Source: Frisingicoccus sp. (GTDB lineage: Bacteria > Bacillota > Clostridia > Lachnospirales > Lachnospiraceae). Taken from it: 38,699 nt of DNA. The translations under genes were made by a program, and so were the position numbers. The DNA lies in the NCBI GenBank assembly GCA_048357495.1, contig DBGCEW010000022.1, positions 1 to 38,699 of the forward strand, written 5' to 3'. Shown one piece after another: positions 1 through 10,456 of this stretch; the first letter of the stretch is position 1, and every line of letters starts with the position of its first letter. The notes beneath the pieces are model-generated. The model was not told the origin of the DNA, did not search any database, and saw only the letters and a program-made list of their open reading frames with translations.

Positions 1-1080
1 ATGATCTATGATTTCCATAATTTCTGCTTCATCGGCTCCGTCTGCCGCCTGGTCCACCTCATTATGATCGACCAGAATCACTTTTTTTGTATTCATATCA
101 ATCAATGTCCGTCTGGAAATCATTCCCACATATCTTCCGCCTTTATCCACAATCGGAAAATCCCTGTGACGTTTATTCATCATCGTCGGTTTAATATCCG
201 CTACATAATCATCCTCGCTGAAAGAAATAAGTCCGTCTTTAATCATAAAGAAGCTGACCGGAATACTCTGATTAATCGAACGTGTCACTGTATAAGTATC
301 ATAAGGCGTGCAGATAACCGCACATCCCTTTTCTTCTGCCAGTTTGCAGATAGTTCTCGAGGCTTTGGCTCCGTCACAGATAATAATGCATGACGCCTGA
401 TTCTCAATGGCACTGAGCTGGGCCTCATATCTGTTTCCGAGAATAACCAGATCGTCCTTCTCAATAAATGCATCTATAACCTCCAGATTTGCCGTAGATA
501 CGACCAGTTTTCCTCTTTCAAGCCGTTTCTTTGCATCCCCGACAACCAATTCCCCTTTCAAAGTCTCCAGAATGTTGGCAATCGGCGTATGAGCTTCTCC
601 TAATATCTGGGTATTCAATACAGACATATAGGCACCGGCAATATCGGATACTGTAATCAGTCCTTCCAGACAGCCTTTTTTGTTGGTCACCGCCAACGTG
701 GACGTTTCCGTCCCCCGCATCGTTTCCCAGGCCTTCTTCAGGGAATAGTCTGCCGGAATCCCTTTATTCCGGCGAATATTAATATCGCTCACCTGAGTGC
801 GGATCGCAATCATATATTCCGGCACCTTCTGCTGGAATTCTTTGAGTACGTAATTAGTCTCTGTGTTAATCTGTCCTGCCCGTGCCGGCACATAAACAGT
901 TTCCTCACTGCTTTCTCCTTCAATCAGTACATCCTGATACAATTCAATATTTTCTCCCTGATGTACTCTGCGGAGAATCTCATTTTTAAGTGAGGCATAG
1001 GCAATCGCCGAACAAATTGAATCCGTATCCGGATTCTTATGTCCAATAATATAGACTTCCTTTTGTCTCTTTGTTTCCAT
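1..1080 (-). CDS. ppaC: Mn-dependent inorganic pyrophosphatase, family II with CBS/DRTGG insert (3' end runs off window)
   Basis: Not in the ORF track (no stop inside the window). Manual translation from ATG at 1080 gives METKRQKEVYIIGHKNPDTDSICSAIAYA..., RAGQINTET, LVDHNE and EIIDH at the edge, which are DHH-family PPase motifs. RBS AGGAG upstream. Confidence 0.9.
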   Translation of the reverse strand, partial: METKRQKEVYIIGHKNPDTDSICSAIAYASLKNEILRRVHQGENIELYQDVLIEGESSEETVYVPARAGQINTETNYVLKEFQQKVPEYMIAIRTQVSDINIRRNKGIPADYSLKKAWETMRGTETSTLAVTNKKGCLEGLITVSDIAGAYMSVLNTQILGEAHTPIANILETLKGELVVGDAKKRLERGKLVVSTANLEVIDAFIEKDDLVILGNRYEAQLSAIENQASCIIICDGAKASRTICKLAEEKGCAVICTPYDTYTVTRSINQSIPVSFFMIKDGLISFSEDDYVADIKPTMMNKRHRDFPIVDKGGRYVGMISRRTLIDMNTKKVILVDHNEVDQAADGADEAEIMEIIDH

Positions 1081-1212
1081 AATAATACTTCTCCTTTTAT
1101 AAAAACCTATCCGTATTGTAGCATATATCTTATAAATTCACCGTACTTTTTTCAAAACATCCTGAAAATTTTACCAGCAGAATTTCATGGATTCAAAAAG
1201 TACCGATAACAC

Positions 1213-1252
1213 AAAAAACAGGCCCTGTCCGGTTTTCCCCGGACGGGCCTGT
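1213..1252 (-). terminator. Rho-independent terminator after pgi
   Basis: Stem CAGGCCC(T)GTCCGG / CCGGACGGGCCTG; the adjacent A-run reads as a U-tract on the minus strand. Confidence 0.75.
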
Positions 1253-1264
1253 CTCATCTTCCAT

Positions 1265-2614
1265 TTACAACCGTTTCTTTAATGCTTCTGTCAACGCTTC
1301 AAATCCAGGTTTTCCGAGAAGCGCAAACATATTTTTCTTATAGCTTTCTACGCCAGGCTGGTTAAATGGATTCACGCCAAGCACATAACCGCTGACACCG
1401 CAGGCAAATTCATAGAAATAGAACAATTCGCCAAGATAGAATTCATTCTGCTCCGGAATATGAATCATCAGATTCGGAACACTGCCATCTGTATGGGCCA
1501 GAACCGTTCCGTTCATGGCACTCTTATTAATGAAATCTACGGTTTTTCCTGCCAGATAATTCAGACCATCCAGATCTACCGGTTCCTCTTCAATACAAAT
1601 CTCATACTTTGATTTTTCAACTTCCAGAACCGTTTCAAACATAATCCGGGCGCCATCCTGAATAAACTGTCCCATAGAATGCAGGTCCGCTGTCAAAGTA
1701 ACGGATGCCGGGAAAATACCTCTCTGATCCTTACCCTCACTTTCACCGTAAAGCTGTTTCCACCATTCACCAATGTACAATAATGACGGTTCATAGCTGC
1801 AGGTAATTTCAACAGATTTGCCCTTCCGGAGAAGAATATTTCGAATCGCCGCATACTGGAGGGCATCGTTGGATTCAAAGTCATTCTCAAGACAATACTT
1901 ACGTCCGCTCGCCGCACCGGCCATCAGCATATCAATATCTGCCCCACTGACTGCAATCGGAAGCAGTCCTACTGCGGTCAATACTGAAAAACGTCCGCCC
2001 ACATCATCCGGCACAACAAAGGTTTCATAACCTTCTTCATCAGCCAGGTGCTTCAGAGCGCCCTTCGCCTTATCTGTAGTACAGTAAATACGTTTTGCTG
2101 CCTCTTCTTTGCCATATTTTGTTTCGATTAATTTTTTAAATACGCGGAAAGCCACCGCCGGTTCTGTTGTCGTTCCTGACTTCGAAATCATATTGATTGA
2201 AAAATCTCTGTCACCGATAACATCTATCAGATTACTGATATATGCGCTGCTCAGATTATTGCCAACAAAATAAATCTCCGGTGTTTTCCGAACACCCTTT
2301 GGCAGTATGTTATAGAAGTTGTGCTGTAAAAACTCGATCGCAGCTCTCGCCCCCAAATACGAACCGCCGATACCGATAACGAGCAGCACATCGGAATCTG
2401 CCTGGATTTTTTCCGCTGATTTTTTAATTCTTGCAAACTCCTCTTTATCATAATCCACAGGAAGGTCGATCCAGCCTAAAAAATCCTTCCCCGCGCCGTT
2501 CTTCCCAACCAGAACTTCTTTTGCATCCCCAACCAGTTTTTTCATTAATTCGACTTCGTCATCCCGGATAAATGACGCTGTTTTTGAATAGTCAAATGTT
2601 ACTTTGTTTGCCAT
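1265..2614 (-). CDS. pgi: Glucose-6-phosphate isomerase
   Basis: Motifs [32 protein letters not shown] and PFNQPGVE. Confidence 0.97.
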   Translation of the reverse strand: MANKVTFDYSKTASFIRDDEVELMKKLVGDAKEVLVGKNGAGKDFLGWIDLPVDYDKEEFARIKKSAEKIQADSDVLLVIGIGGSYLGARAAIEFLQHNFYNILPKGVRKTPEIYFVGNNLSSAYISNLIDVIGDRDFSINMISKSGTTTEPAVAFRVFKKLIETKYGKEEAAKRIYCTTDKAKGALKHLADEEGYETFVVPDDVGGRFSVLTAVGLLPIAVSGADIDMLMAGAASGRKYCLENDFESNDALQYAAIRNILLRKGKSVEITCSYEPSLLYIGEWWKQLYGESEGKDQRGIFPASVTLTADLHSMGQFIQDGARIMFETVLEVEKSKYEICIEEEPVDLDGLNYLAGKTVDFINKSAMNGTVLAHTDGSVPNLMIHIPEQNEFYLGELFYFYEFACGVSGYVLGVNPFNQPGVESYKKNMFALLGKPGFEALTEALKKRL

Positions 2615-2718
2615 GTCACTACCTCCATCGTATTTACTTATTCTTATCTATCATAATACCAAAACTGCCTGATTTTATCAAATCATTTCACGATTTTTTG
2701 GCAGTTTTTTACATATGT

Positions 2719-3438
2719 TCAACAGAGAAATTCCTTTAATACGTCTTCCACAATTTTGGCATCCACTTCATCATCTCTGCTGCCGGAAGCCCTGTCCATA
2801 TACCCGTCATAATAATACTGGCCATTCCGTTCCTTCCGCCGTCCCGTGTCCGATGCAGCAATTTCCTGCAACGCCCTTTTATACTGTTCCGGCGAAACCT
2901 TTCCAATCTGTTCCTTATATTCCTGAGCCAGTTTATTCCCAAGATAATTATCCACATAATCTGAAATGCAGTGAACCAAAAGCTGTTCTTTTGCAGAAAA
3001 ATCCATAAACAACATGATACCGCCCAATATCACTGTCCCAAGCAATGACAGTCCGAAAATCAAAGATATCTGATACAGCGCTTCCCCCCGGGTCCAGCGG
3101 TAAAGCAGATTCCCTCCGCCAACCGCAACCATGGCCGTCATCACCAAATACGGCAGATGATTCCAGCTCTGCAAAGAAAACGGACCTGTCCGGTATTTTT
3201 TTATGTATCGCCCGATTAATGCACGGGTATCCTCCGGATGCATGCCTACTTTGTAATAGCTCGTAACCTTTAACTTAATATATTTTATCAACCGCTGGTT
3301 CGATGTCCCCATCAAATCCGCTTCCCGTATAAGTCTTTTGTAAATTCTTCCGGTCATCCACAAAGCCAGTAATCCTGCGATCAGCAGCACTGTCTCCGCA
3401 TACAGGGGAATGCCCTGTCCTAAAAACCAATTTTTCAT
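2719..3438 (-). CDS. Hypothetical membrane protein (about 3 TM segments, acidic C-terminus)
   Basis: 239-aa ORF with RBS AAAGGAG and hydrophobic segments; no family recognised. Confidence 0.7.
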   Translation of the reverse strand: MKNWFLGQGIPLYAETVLLIAGLLALWMTGRIYKRLIREADLMGTSNQRLIKYIKLKVTSYYKVGMHPEDTRALIGRYIKKYRTGPFSLQSWNHLPYLVMTAMVAVGGGNLLYRWTRGEALYQISLIFGLSLLGTVILGGIMLFMDFSAKEQLLVHCISDYVDNYLGNKLAQEYKEQIGKVSPEQYKRALQEIAASDTGRRKERNGQYYYDGYMDRASGSRDDEVDAKIVEDVLKEFLC

Positions 3439-3522
3439 TTTATGAACTCCTTTCGTCGATAATATACATCCATTATAATATCAACGAAAAGACAAAATCT
3501 ACTCAAATTGGTCGGGCCGTTT

Positions 3523-4221
3523 TTACATATTTCTCAATATTCCGGTAACAAGAGCCACACTGTGTTCGATGGCCTTATGTTCAAACTCACTGTAATCCAT
3601 TTCTGCACTTCCATCTGCCTTATCGGAAATCGCCCGGATAATAAGAAATGGAATTTTGTTCAGCCATGCCGCCTGACCAATGGCCGCACCTTCCATCTCT
3701 GTACAGTAACCCCCGAAATTTTCAACAAGACGGTTCTTAATCTCCCGGTCTGAAATGAACTGATCCCCACTGACAACTCTTCCCCGGAACACCTGGATTT
3801 CAGGATTCACTTCACGGCACACCCGTTCTGCAAGCTCGATCAGCCCCTCATCCGCCTTGAATACAGACGTTTCCATTCTCGGAATAATACCAGGAGCATA
3901 TCCGAATCCCGTGGCATCCATATCATGCTGTAAAGTATCTTCTGAAAGAACGATATCCCCGATATTAATAGCATTCTTCAGGCTTCCGGCAACTCCGGTA
4001 TTAATAATCCCGTTTACATGAAAAATATCTGAAAGAATCTGGGTGCAGACAGCAGCATTTACTTTCCCGATGCCGCTTCGTACAACAACGACCGGATGGT
4101 CTTCACAACGGCCTTCACAGAATTCCATCCCACCAATTTCTTTCACAGATTCAATATTCATTTTTTCTTTTAAAGAAGCCACTTCCTCTTCCATGGCTCC
4201 GATAATTCCTATTTTTTTCAT
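3523..4221 (-). CDS. mtnN: 5'-methylthioadenosine/S-adenosylhomocysteine nucleosidase
   Basis: Motifs IGIIGAMEEE, SGIGKVNAA, EMEGAA and RAISDKAD. Confidence 0.95.
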   Translation of the reverse strand: MKKIGIIGAMEEEVASLKEKMNIESVKEIGGMEFCEGRCEDHPVVVVRSGIGKVNAAVCTQILSDIFHVNGIINTGVAGSLKNAINIGDIVLSEDTLQHDMDATGFGYAPGIIPRMETSVFKADEGLIELAERVCREVNPEIQVFRGRVVSGDQFISDREIKNRLVENFGGYCTEMEGAAIGQAAWLNKIPFLIIRAISDKADGSAEMDYSEFEHKAIEHSVALVTGILRNM

Positions 4222-4449
4222 TCCTCATTCTCTCCTTTATTTCTCAGCCCGGAGGCCGAAACATTTCACTTTTTATCTCTGATATATTATAATATCTTAT
4301 AGCATTATAACATATATCTTTACATCCGCTAAAGATATAATTTTTAACCCGCTTCCCTTTTCCTCTCTGGAAATTGAAATTTCTCTGGTGCATATATCAT
4401 AGTTCTGCTATAATGGTGAAGAATATTAAAAAGAACAGGAGTGACTCAT

Positions 4450-4710
4450 ATGAGACATATTAATAAACATACATGTTCCCGCGCTGTGGACTTTGAAGTT
4501 ACTGACGGTATTATTACCAAATGCCAGTTTATCGGCGGATGCTCCGGAAATACGCAGGGCGTTGCTGCCCTTGTGATCGGCCGTCCTCTGGAAGAGGTTA
4601 TTCCGATTCTCTCCGGTATTGACTGCGGCGGACGGGGAACTTCATGTCCGGATCAGCTGGCAAAAGGTTTGCAGGAGTATCTGAATTCCCAATCCATTCA
4701 GGAGGTTTGA
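4450..4710 (+). CDS. TSCPD-domain protein (TIGR03905-like stand-alone class II RNR C-terminal domain)
   Basis: Motifs GGCSGN and [16 protein letters not shown] at 4450 follows AGGAG; alternative GTG start at 4441. Confidence 0.88.
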   Translation: MRHINKHTCSRAVDFEVTDGIITKCQFIGGCSGNTQGVAALVIGRPLEEVIPILSGIDCGGRGTSCPDQLAKGLQEYLNSQSIQEV

Positions 4711-4714
4711 TCAC

Positions 4715-5791
4715 ATGAAAAAAATCGTTCTGACCGGAGGCGGTACCGCCGGTCATGTAACACCAAACATTGCCCTGATGCCCGCTTTAAAAAAAGCCGG
4801 CTATGAAATCTCATATATTGGTTCCTATGACGGTATTGAACGACGCCTGATTGAAGAATTAAATATCCCTTATTATGGAATCTCCTCAGGAAAATTGCGC
4901 CGTTATTTTGATTTAAAAAACTTCACGGACCCTTTTAAAGTCATCAAAGGCTTTTTTGAAGCAAAAAAACTCATTAAAAAATTAAAACCGGATGTGGTCT
5001 TTTCCAAGGGCGGTTTTGTTACCGTACCCGTTGTTCTTGCAGCCAAAAGATGTAAGGTTCCCGCAATTATCCATGAATCGGATATGACCCCGGGACTGGC
5101 AAACAAGCTGGCCATTCCATCCGCTTACAAAGTCTGTCACAATTTTCCGGAAACTGCCGACTGCCTCCCGGAAGGCAAAGCGGTCCTTTCCGGTTCCCCG
5201 ATTCGTCAGGAACTTTTAAACGGAAATCGTTTTAATGGCCTGAAGATCTGTGGCTTCACTACGGATAAACCTGTTATCCTTGTCATTGGCGGAAGCCTCG
5301 GTGCCGCGGCCATTAATGAATCCGTCCGCAAAGCTCTGCCGGTCCTCCTTCCGTCCTATCAGATTATTCATATCTGCGGCAAAGGAAAGGTTGATACCTC
5401 TATCAAAAACAGGACCGGCTACATCCAGTTTGACTATGTGAAACAGGAACTGAGTGATTTACTGGCTGCCGCCGATCTGGTTATTTCCCGGGCAGGCTCC
5501 AACGCTATCTGTGAATTTCTGGCATTGAAAAAACCGAATATTCTGATACCACTTCCGGCAAATGCCAGCCGCGGAGACCAGATTCTTAATGCTGCGTCTT
5601 TTGAAAAACAGGGATTCAGCTATCTTCTTCCGGAAGAGATGGTCACAGAAGATCGTCTTGCAGCCGCTGTCAATGACGTTTTTGAAAACAGAGAAACTTA
5701 TATCCAATCCATGGAAACCGCCGATGCTTCCAATGCGATACCTATCATTGTCAATCTCTGCAACGAAGCTGTAAAAAATCACAAAAAATAA
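4715..5791 (+). CDS. murG: Lipid II N-acetylglucosaminyltransferase
   Basis: Motifs [26 protein letters not shown] and DQILNA. Confidence 0.96.
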   Translation: MKKIVLTGGGTAGHVTPNIALMPALKKAGYEISYIGSYDGIERRLIEELNIPYYGISSGKLRRYFDLKNFTDPFKVIKGFFEAKKLIKKLKPDVVFSKGGFVTVPVVLAAKRCKVPAIIHESDMTPGLANKLAIPSAYKVCHNFPETADCLPEGKAVLSGSPIRQELLNGNRFNGLKICGFTTDKPVILVIGGSLGAAAINESVRKALPVLLPSYQIIHICGKGKVDTSIKNRTGYIQFDYVKQELSDLLAAADLVISRAGSNAICEFLALKKPNILIPLPANASRGDQILNAASFEKQGFSYLLPEEMVTEDRLAAAVNDVFENRETYIQSMETADASNAIPIIVNLCNEAVKNHKK

Positions 5792-5844
5792 ACCCAAAGG
5801 CGTTATCCCATATATTTCTCCGGGATAACGCCTTTGGGTTTATT
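5787..5844. terminator. Bidirectional terminator between convergent murG and G1P-dehydrogenase genes
   Basis: Perfect 23-bp inverted repeat AATAAACCCAAAGGCGTTATCCC (5787-5809 / 5822-5844) with a 12-nt loop. Confidence 0.85.
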
Positions 5845-7099
5845 CATATACTTTAAAAAGCTTCTTCAGACGCAACAGGGTAAGGTCCGAAGATACATAG
5901 GGTGCATATTGCATAGCACGTTGAATCCCTTCTTCATTGATCCCCAGTTCTTCAATCCTTATTTTACATCCCATAATGCTGCAGGCCTTTTCCATAACTT
6001 CATAAGAAGGCATCTCATCAAGAATTTTCAGTATTTCTTCCTTATGGGCCAAAACGGTTTCCCCGGTAATCCCCGACAGCGGATCTGGTCGGTTTAATCC
6101 GGTCAGTACTTCCCGGACTTCGGCGTTCCGGAAGCCTTGACGGATCTCTTTTCCCGAAAGCCCTCTGGCATCCGATGGAATAAGCCGGCTATCTCTCAGC
6201 GCTTTTTTAAAGCCTTCATAAGCCTTCAGACAATGCATAGTCATCACACCGACCTTTTCTCCATGGACTGCATTCAACTTCGGCTGCTCTCCGGAAATAT
6301 CCAGATAAGCGGACAGCTGATGTTCTGCACCCAGCATTGGCCGGGCGCTTTCACTCATGCCCATAACCATATCCGGTAAAATCAGCGCATAAAGCAAATC
6401 CTCACAGCTTTCCGGATTCCCCCCGGCCAGAGACTGCAAATTTGCCATAACCTTTTCCATGGCTGCTATCTCACCGTCACATAAAGTCCTGTTCAATGGC
6501 TCCTCTGTAAAAATCGCTGAAATCTTCCAGTCCGCCAGAGCAATGTAATTTCCGATCAAATCACCGAAACCGGCGGCCGTCAGTCTCGGCGGCGCTGCTG
6601 CGAAAATATCCGTATCTCCAAACAGATAATCCGGCGCTACAGCCCTCAGGTTATACTTTACACCTCTGCGTACCACAGAAGACATACAGGTTGCATAGCC
6701 CTCACCGCTGGCCGCTGTGGGAATAGAAATAAAGGGTTTACCATATTCCCAACACAGATACCGGGTTATATCATGAATCGTAACACTTCCAAGAGCAATC
6801 ATACAATCCGCTGTTTCCGGAATCTTTCTTCGTGCCAGAGATACGCTGCGTTCATCTACAACCAAATCCTCCGGATCCAGGCAGATCAGATCATAGTTCT
6901 CCAGTTTCTCCAACAGGCTATCCCCCAGATCGTATGTATTCTGATCACAGATAATCACCGGCTCTATCCAGCCTTCTCTGTCCATAACCTCTCTGACCTT
7001 TAAAATTGCTCCCGGTTCTATCCACATTTCACGAACAACTCTGTCATCTTCCGATTGAAACCCACACACCCTAATGATCTCTTCATGATCTATCTTCAT
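5840..7099 (-). CDS. sn-glycerol-1-phosphate dehydrogenase family (AraM/EgsA-like)
   Basis: Motifs GSVTIHDITRY, PTAAS, AGFGDLIG, LADWK, GAEH and HGEKVG. Confidence 0.8.
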   Translation of the reverse strand: MKIDHEEIIRVCGFQSEDDRVVREMWIEPGAILKVREVMDREGWIEPVIICDQNTYDLGDSLLEKLENYDLICLDPEDLVVDERSVSLARRKIPETADCMIALGSVTIHDITRYLCWEYGKPFISIPTAASGEGYATCMSSVVRRGVKYNLRAVAPDYLFGDTDIFAAAPPRLTAAGFGDLIGNYIALADWKISAIFTEEPLNRTLCDGEIAAMEKVMANLQSLAGGNPESCEDLLYALILPDMVMGMSESARPMLGAEHQLSAYLDISGEQPKLNAVHGEKVGVMTMHCLKAYEGFKKALRDSRLIPSDARGLSGKEIRQGFRNAEVREVLTGLNRPDPLSGITGETVLAHKEEILKILDEMPSYEVMEKACSIMGCKIRIEELGINEEGIQRAMQYAPYVSSDLTLLRLKKLFKVYE

Positions 7100-7141
7100 A
7101 ACAAAATCTCCATTTTCCGGCCTTAATGTCTTTACTGGTTT

Positions 7142-7558
7142 TTAATTCACTGCGCTCCGAATCTTCTGTGCCACATGCTCTCTTTCCTCTGCCCCGGATG
7201 TTCCCGGAATCCAGCCAATCTTCTGTCCATCCCCTTCATAGCGCGGAATGATATGCATATGAAAATGGAATACCGTCTGTCCGGCCACTTCACCATTGTT
7301 CTGAACGATGTTCAATCCATCACAATTCAATACTTCCTTCATCCCTTTTGCTATTTTAGATGCCAGAACAAATACCTTCTGCGCCGTTTCTTCATCCATT
7401 TCAAAAATATTCGCCATATGTTTTTTCGGTAAGATCAGTGCATGTCCCTGTGTCGCGGGAGACATATCTAAAATCACCCGAAACATATCATCTTCATAGA
7501 TGGTCGAAGCCGGTATTTCTCCATTGGCAATTTTACAGAAAATACAATCCTTTTCCAT
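7142..7558 (-). CDS. HIT family nucleotide hydrolase
   Basis: DCIFCKI N-terminus and HFHMH histidine triad. Likely start is 7558 or 7567 (GGAGG/GAGGA RBS), not 7705. Confidence 0.92.
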   Translation of the reverse strand: MEKDCIFCKIANGEIPASTIYEDDMFRVILDMSPATQGHALILPKKHMANIFEMDEETAQKVFVLASKIAKGMKEVLNCDGLNIVQNNGEVAGQTVFHFHMHIIPRYEGDGQKIGWIPGTSGAEEREHVAQKIRSAVN

Positions 7559-7749
7559 ATTCCTCATATCCTCCAATTCTATCTCTATATTATTATATAA
7601 TAGTTCACCTTTCGCCAAATGTCTATTCTGAATTAAGAATAAATGATGACCTAAATGGACTTTTTTGTCGGCAAATGTCTGGCAAAAATATTTGAAACCG
7701 TGCATAAACTATGATAAATTGATAAAAAACATCAGAAAGGAAGACTTTT

Positions 7750-8484
7750 ATGCAACAATGTCCGTCTGAAATCTACACGGATGAAAACAACCTGTCACTA
7801 TCAACGCTGTCCCACGAGCTGAAAAATCCCTTAACCCTGATTCGAAGCACGCTTCAGATTATCGGATGCCATCATCCGGAGGTTCGGCAGGATCCGCTTT
7901 GGCCTCAGCTTATCATCGACCTGGATTATATGTCACAACTTCTGACAGAACTTTCTTCACTGAATACAAGCCGTAAATTAAACTATTCTAAGATTAATAT
8001 TCGACAATTTTTGACAAATATAATCGCTTCTTACACTTCTGTCGCCCTCACTGAAGATAAACAGCTCTCCCTGAACTTCCAGACAGAACAGGTATATTTC
8101 TATGGAGATTCTTTAAAAATGCGGGAGATTTTTATAAATTTAATAAAAAATGCACTTGAAGCTACCGAATCCGGCGACCAGATTATTATCGATGTCAAAT
8201 CCCGCTGGAGCCGTCTGGTCGTTACTGTCAGCGACTCAGGCAAGGGAATTGATTCCGGTCGTCTGCCTACAATTTTTAATCCCCTGGTCACCTATAAACC
8301 TTCCGGCACCGGCCTTGGCCTGACGATCGTAAAAAATATTGTCACTGCCCATGGCGGATCCATTCAGGTTTATTCGAAACCCGGAATCGGAACTAAGTTT
8401 ATTCTGATTTTACCTCTTTGTCCTCCCGGAAGCCATTTCGACAAAGATACCGAAGAAATTATTCCCGGGTCTACTGGCAGATAA
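7750..8484 (+). CDS. Orphan cytoplasmic histidine kinase (HisKA + HATPase only)
   Basis: H-box SHELKNPL, N-box NLIKNA, G1 DSGKG and G2 GTGLGL; RBS AAAGGAAG. Confidence 0.88.
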   Translation: MQQCPSEIYTDENNLSLSTLSHELKNPLTLIRSTLQIIGCHHPEVRQDPLWPQLIIDLDYMSQLLTELSSLNTSRKLNYSKINIRQFLTNIIASYTSVALTEDKQLSLNFQTEQVYFYGDSLKMREIFINLIKNALEATESGDQIIIDVKSRWSRLVVTVSDSGKGIDSGRLPTIFNPLVTYKPSGTGLGLTIVKNIVTAHGGSIQVYSKPGIGTKFILILPLCPPGSHFDKDTEEIIPGSTGR

Positions 8485-9559
8485 ATTCCAAATCTGCCAG
8501 TTTTAATATATCGCCTGTATGAAGTACATACGGGATCCCCGGTTCCAGACGTTCGCTATTTCTAAAAGTCCCATTGGCCGAATTCATATCCACAATATAG
8601 ATTTCATTCCCTTTATTTTCTATTCTTCCATGAATCCGGCTAATCTGGGGCTTTTCCATACAAAAATCCGCTTCCTCCGGGGCCCGTCCAAGAAAAAACG
8701 GAAACTTTCCCGCCCGGATCACAGGCATGTCATTTTCTCCGGCAGGAATTAAAATTAACGTTTTATCCATCTGTTCTTCTGCCTCTTCAAAAACACCCGT
8801 CAGCTCCTCCAGAACAGGACAGGTATTTTCCAACCCGGATCTGCTGCCATAAAACTCCTCAAACTCTGTTTTCCCGGACTCACCTTTCCCAAACAGGTGT
8901 TGGATGCCCCGCATAAAAAACTGTTTCACCTTCCTCCCTTTATCCACGGGCAAATTTTCGTTTCTTTTTTCTTCTGTCTTTTCCTCTGCTTCAGTTGTTT
9001 CAACCACTTGTGCCGTCCCCTTCTCCATACGGAGAATTTCCAGAAAGTCATTCATCACACAGGATTCTCCATGAACCTTCTGATAAAAAGTGTATGCCCA
9101 CAAAACGGCTTTTTCATTTTTATAATCAACATAATTGAGCCATTCCTCTCCCAGTTTCCCCATCTGTGTCCAAAAATCTTCCTTGTATCCGGGAATATAA
9201 ATATATTCCCAGTATTCATTCCCCTGAAAAATATAGGCCATTTCTATAACCAGATCCGATAAATCAAGCAAATATTCATCTACGGTTTCCAATACCCGGA
9301 CCAGTGATTTTATAAAACCTTTCATCCATTCACAATCCATCCGTTTTCCCTCAAGGACTTCCAGACAGGATTTTTTATGATTCAGACCATAAACAAGTAC
9401 CGACTCCCCCTCCTCCTGAACCTCATAAAAGCTCAAAAGTCCCGGTACAGATTGTTTATATAAAAGAATTTCCTCAAATTCCTCACCGTATTTCCCTTCT
9501 CTGTTCACTCTCAAATACGTATTTTTTAAATCCTTGTCTCTCTCACTTTCCCGATTCAT
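8471..9559 (-). CDS. Tad-locus protein with DUF6382-like N-terminal domain and C-terminal FHA domain
   Basis: FHA motifs LGR, ISRIHG and DMNSANGT; last gene of the tad operon, overlapping its upstream neighbour. Confidence 0.8.
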   Translation of the reverse strand: MNRESERDKDLKNTYLRVNREGKYGEEFEEILLYKQSVPGLLSFYEVQEEGESVLVYGLNHKKSCLEVLEGKRMDCEWMKGFIKSLVRVLETVDEYLLDLSDLVIEMAYIFQGNEYWEYIYIPGYKEDFWTQMGKLGEEWLNYVDYKNEKAVLWAYTFYQKVHGESCVMNDFLEILRMEKGTAQVVETTEAEEKTEEKRNENLPVDKGRKVKQFFMRGIQHLFGKGESGKTEFEEFYGSRSGLENTCPVLEELTGVFEEAEEQMDKTLILIPAGENDMPVIRAGKFPFFLGRAPEEADFCMEKPQISRIHGRIENKGNEIYIVDMNSANGTFRNSERLEPGIPYVLHTGDILKLADLEFICQ

Positions 9560-10028
9560 TCGCTCCCTCCTCCGTCCATACGCCTTTTTGTCTCGGAAAA
9601 TCCGAGCTTCGAAAATCTACCGCCGCCGCCGTTGCTCCGTAAGGAAATTGCCACCTGCCCACCTGAAACCGGCACTGGATCTTCACCTGAATTTCCCTTT
9701 CCCAAAGACTGCGCTGAACATCTATCGTCTGAACGTCACCGCAAAATAATTTCCCATGGATCATTGCATACCCCTTTTCCTCCAGCACATCCAGAGACAG
9801 GGCTGTGTTCTCCTTCAGACATTCGTAATCCACTTCCCTGATTTCAGGGTGCATATATCTGCCGGACCATAGGCTTCCAAACATCGCCAGTTCATCCGCT
9901 GTGGATTGAATCACTGCCCGGTCATGGCAATAAAATCCAAGCGCTGCCACCATGCCAACCATCAGACAAATAAAACTAATAATAACTGTCCCTTCCACTG
10001 TATAACTCCCTCTTACTTTCCATCTCAC
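9543..10028 (-). CDS. TadE-like pseudopilin
   Basis: Prepilin cleavage motif RG|SYTVE followed by a hydrophobic helix. Confidence 0.75.
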   Translation of the reverse strand: MRWKVRGSYTVEGTVIISFICLMVGMVAALGFYCHDRAVIQSTADELAMFGSLWSGRYMHPEIREVDYECLKENTALSLDVLEEKGYAMIHGKLFCGDVQTIDVQRSLWEREIQVKIQCRFQVGRWQFPYGATAAAVDFRSSDFPRQKGVWTEEGANESGK

Positions 10029-10444
10029 AATAAACCCGCACCCCCATATCCGAGAACCAAAAAAGGGACAAAGGCCACTTTAGAATTTTTCTGAACCAGT
10101 CCGGTCAATAGTGCAGCTACGGAAAACAAAAATATCCCTCCGCCTGCGATCGCAAGACTGCATATACAAAAATAAAATCCCTCCAACAGCCCAAGTCCCA
10201 AAATAAGCACACAATCCCCTGAACCGACACACCCATTCAGCAGACGGCCCAAAAGAAATAGGATTCCCCCTGGAATCATGCCCGTCAGGCATTGCCAAAG
10301 ACTGGCATTTCCCGAAGCCGCTCCTCCGGCCAGCCCAACGCCAACAAGAATCATTGCGGGCAGTATATAAATTTTCCTTTCTTTAATATCACGATACACT
10401 GGATACAATACCAATAGCATACTGCAAATATGTCGTATCTCCAT
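10025..10444 (-). CDS. Prepilin peptidase (A24, TadV/CpaA-like)
   Basis: Catalytic aspartate motifs DIKERKI and GSGD; multi-TM. Confidence 0.82.
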   Translation of the reverse strand: MEIRHICSMLLVLYPVYRDIKERKIYILPAMILVGVGLAGGAASGNASLWQCLTGMIPGGILFLLGRLLNGCVGSGDCVLILGLGLLEGFYFCICSLAIAGGGIFLFSVAALLTGLVQKNSKVAFVPFLVLGYGGAGLL

Positions 10445-10456
10445 AGAATTTCTCCT

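Noticed and set aside
1..592. Track ORFs 1..393, 285..473 and 407..592
   Set aside because: They are shadows of the minus-strand ppaC frame, which carries clear family motifs.
7610..7690. Spo0A boxes upstream of the orphan kinase (CAAATGTCT seen twice)
   Set aside because: No exact TGNCGAA match; the repeat is too short to support a call.
7559..7705. N-terminal extension of the HIT protein
   Set aside because: The RBS and family start are at 7558/7567; the extension overlaps the divergent promoter region.
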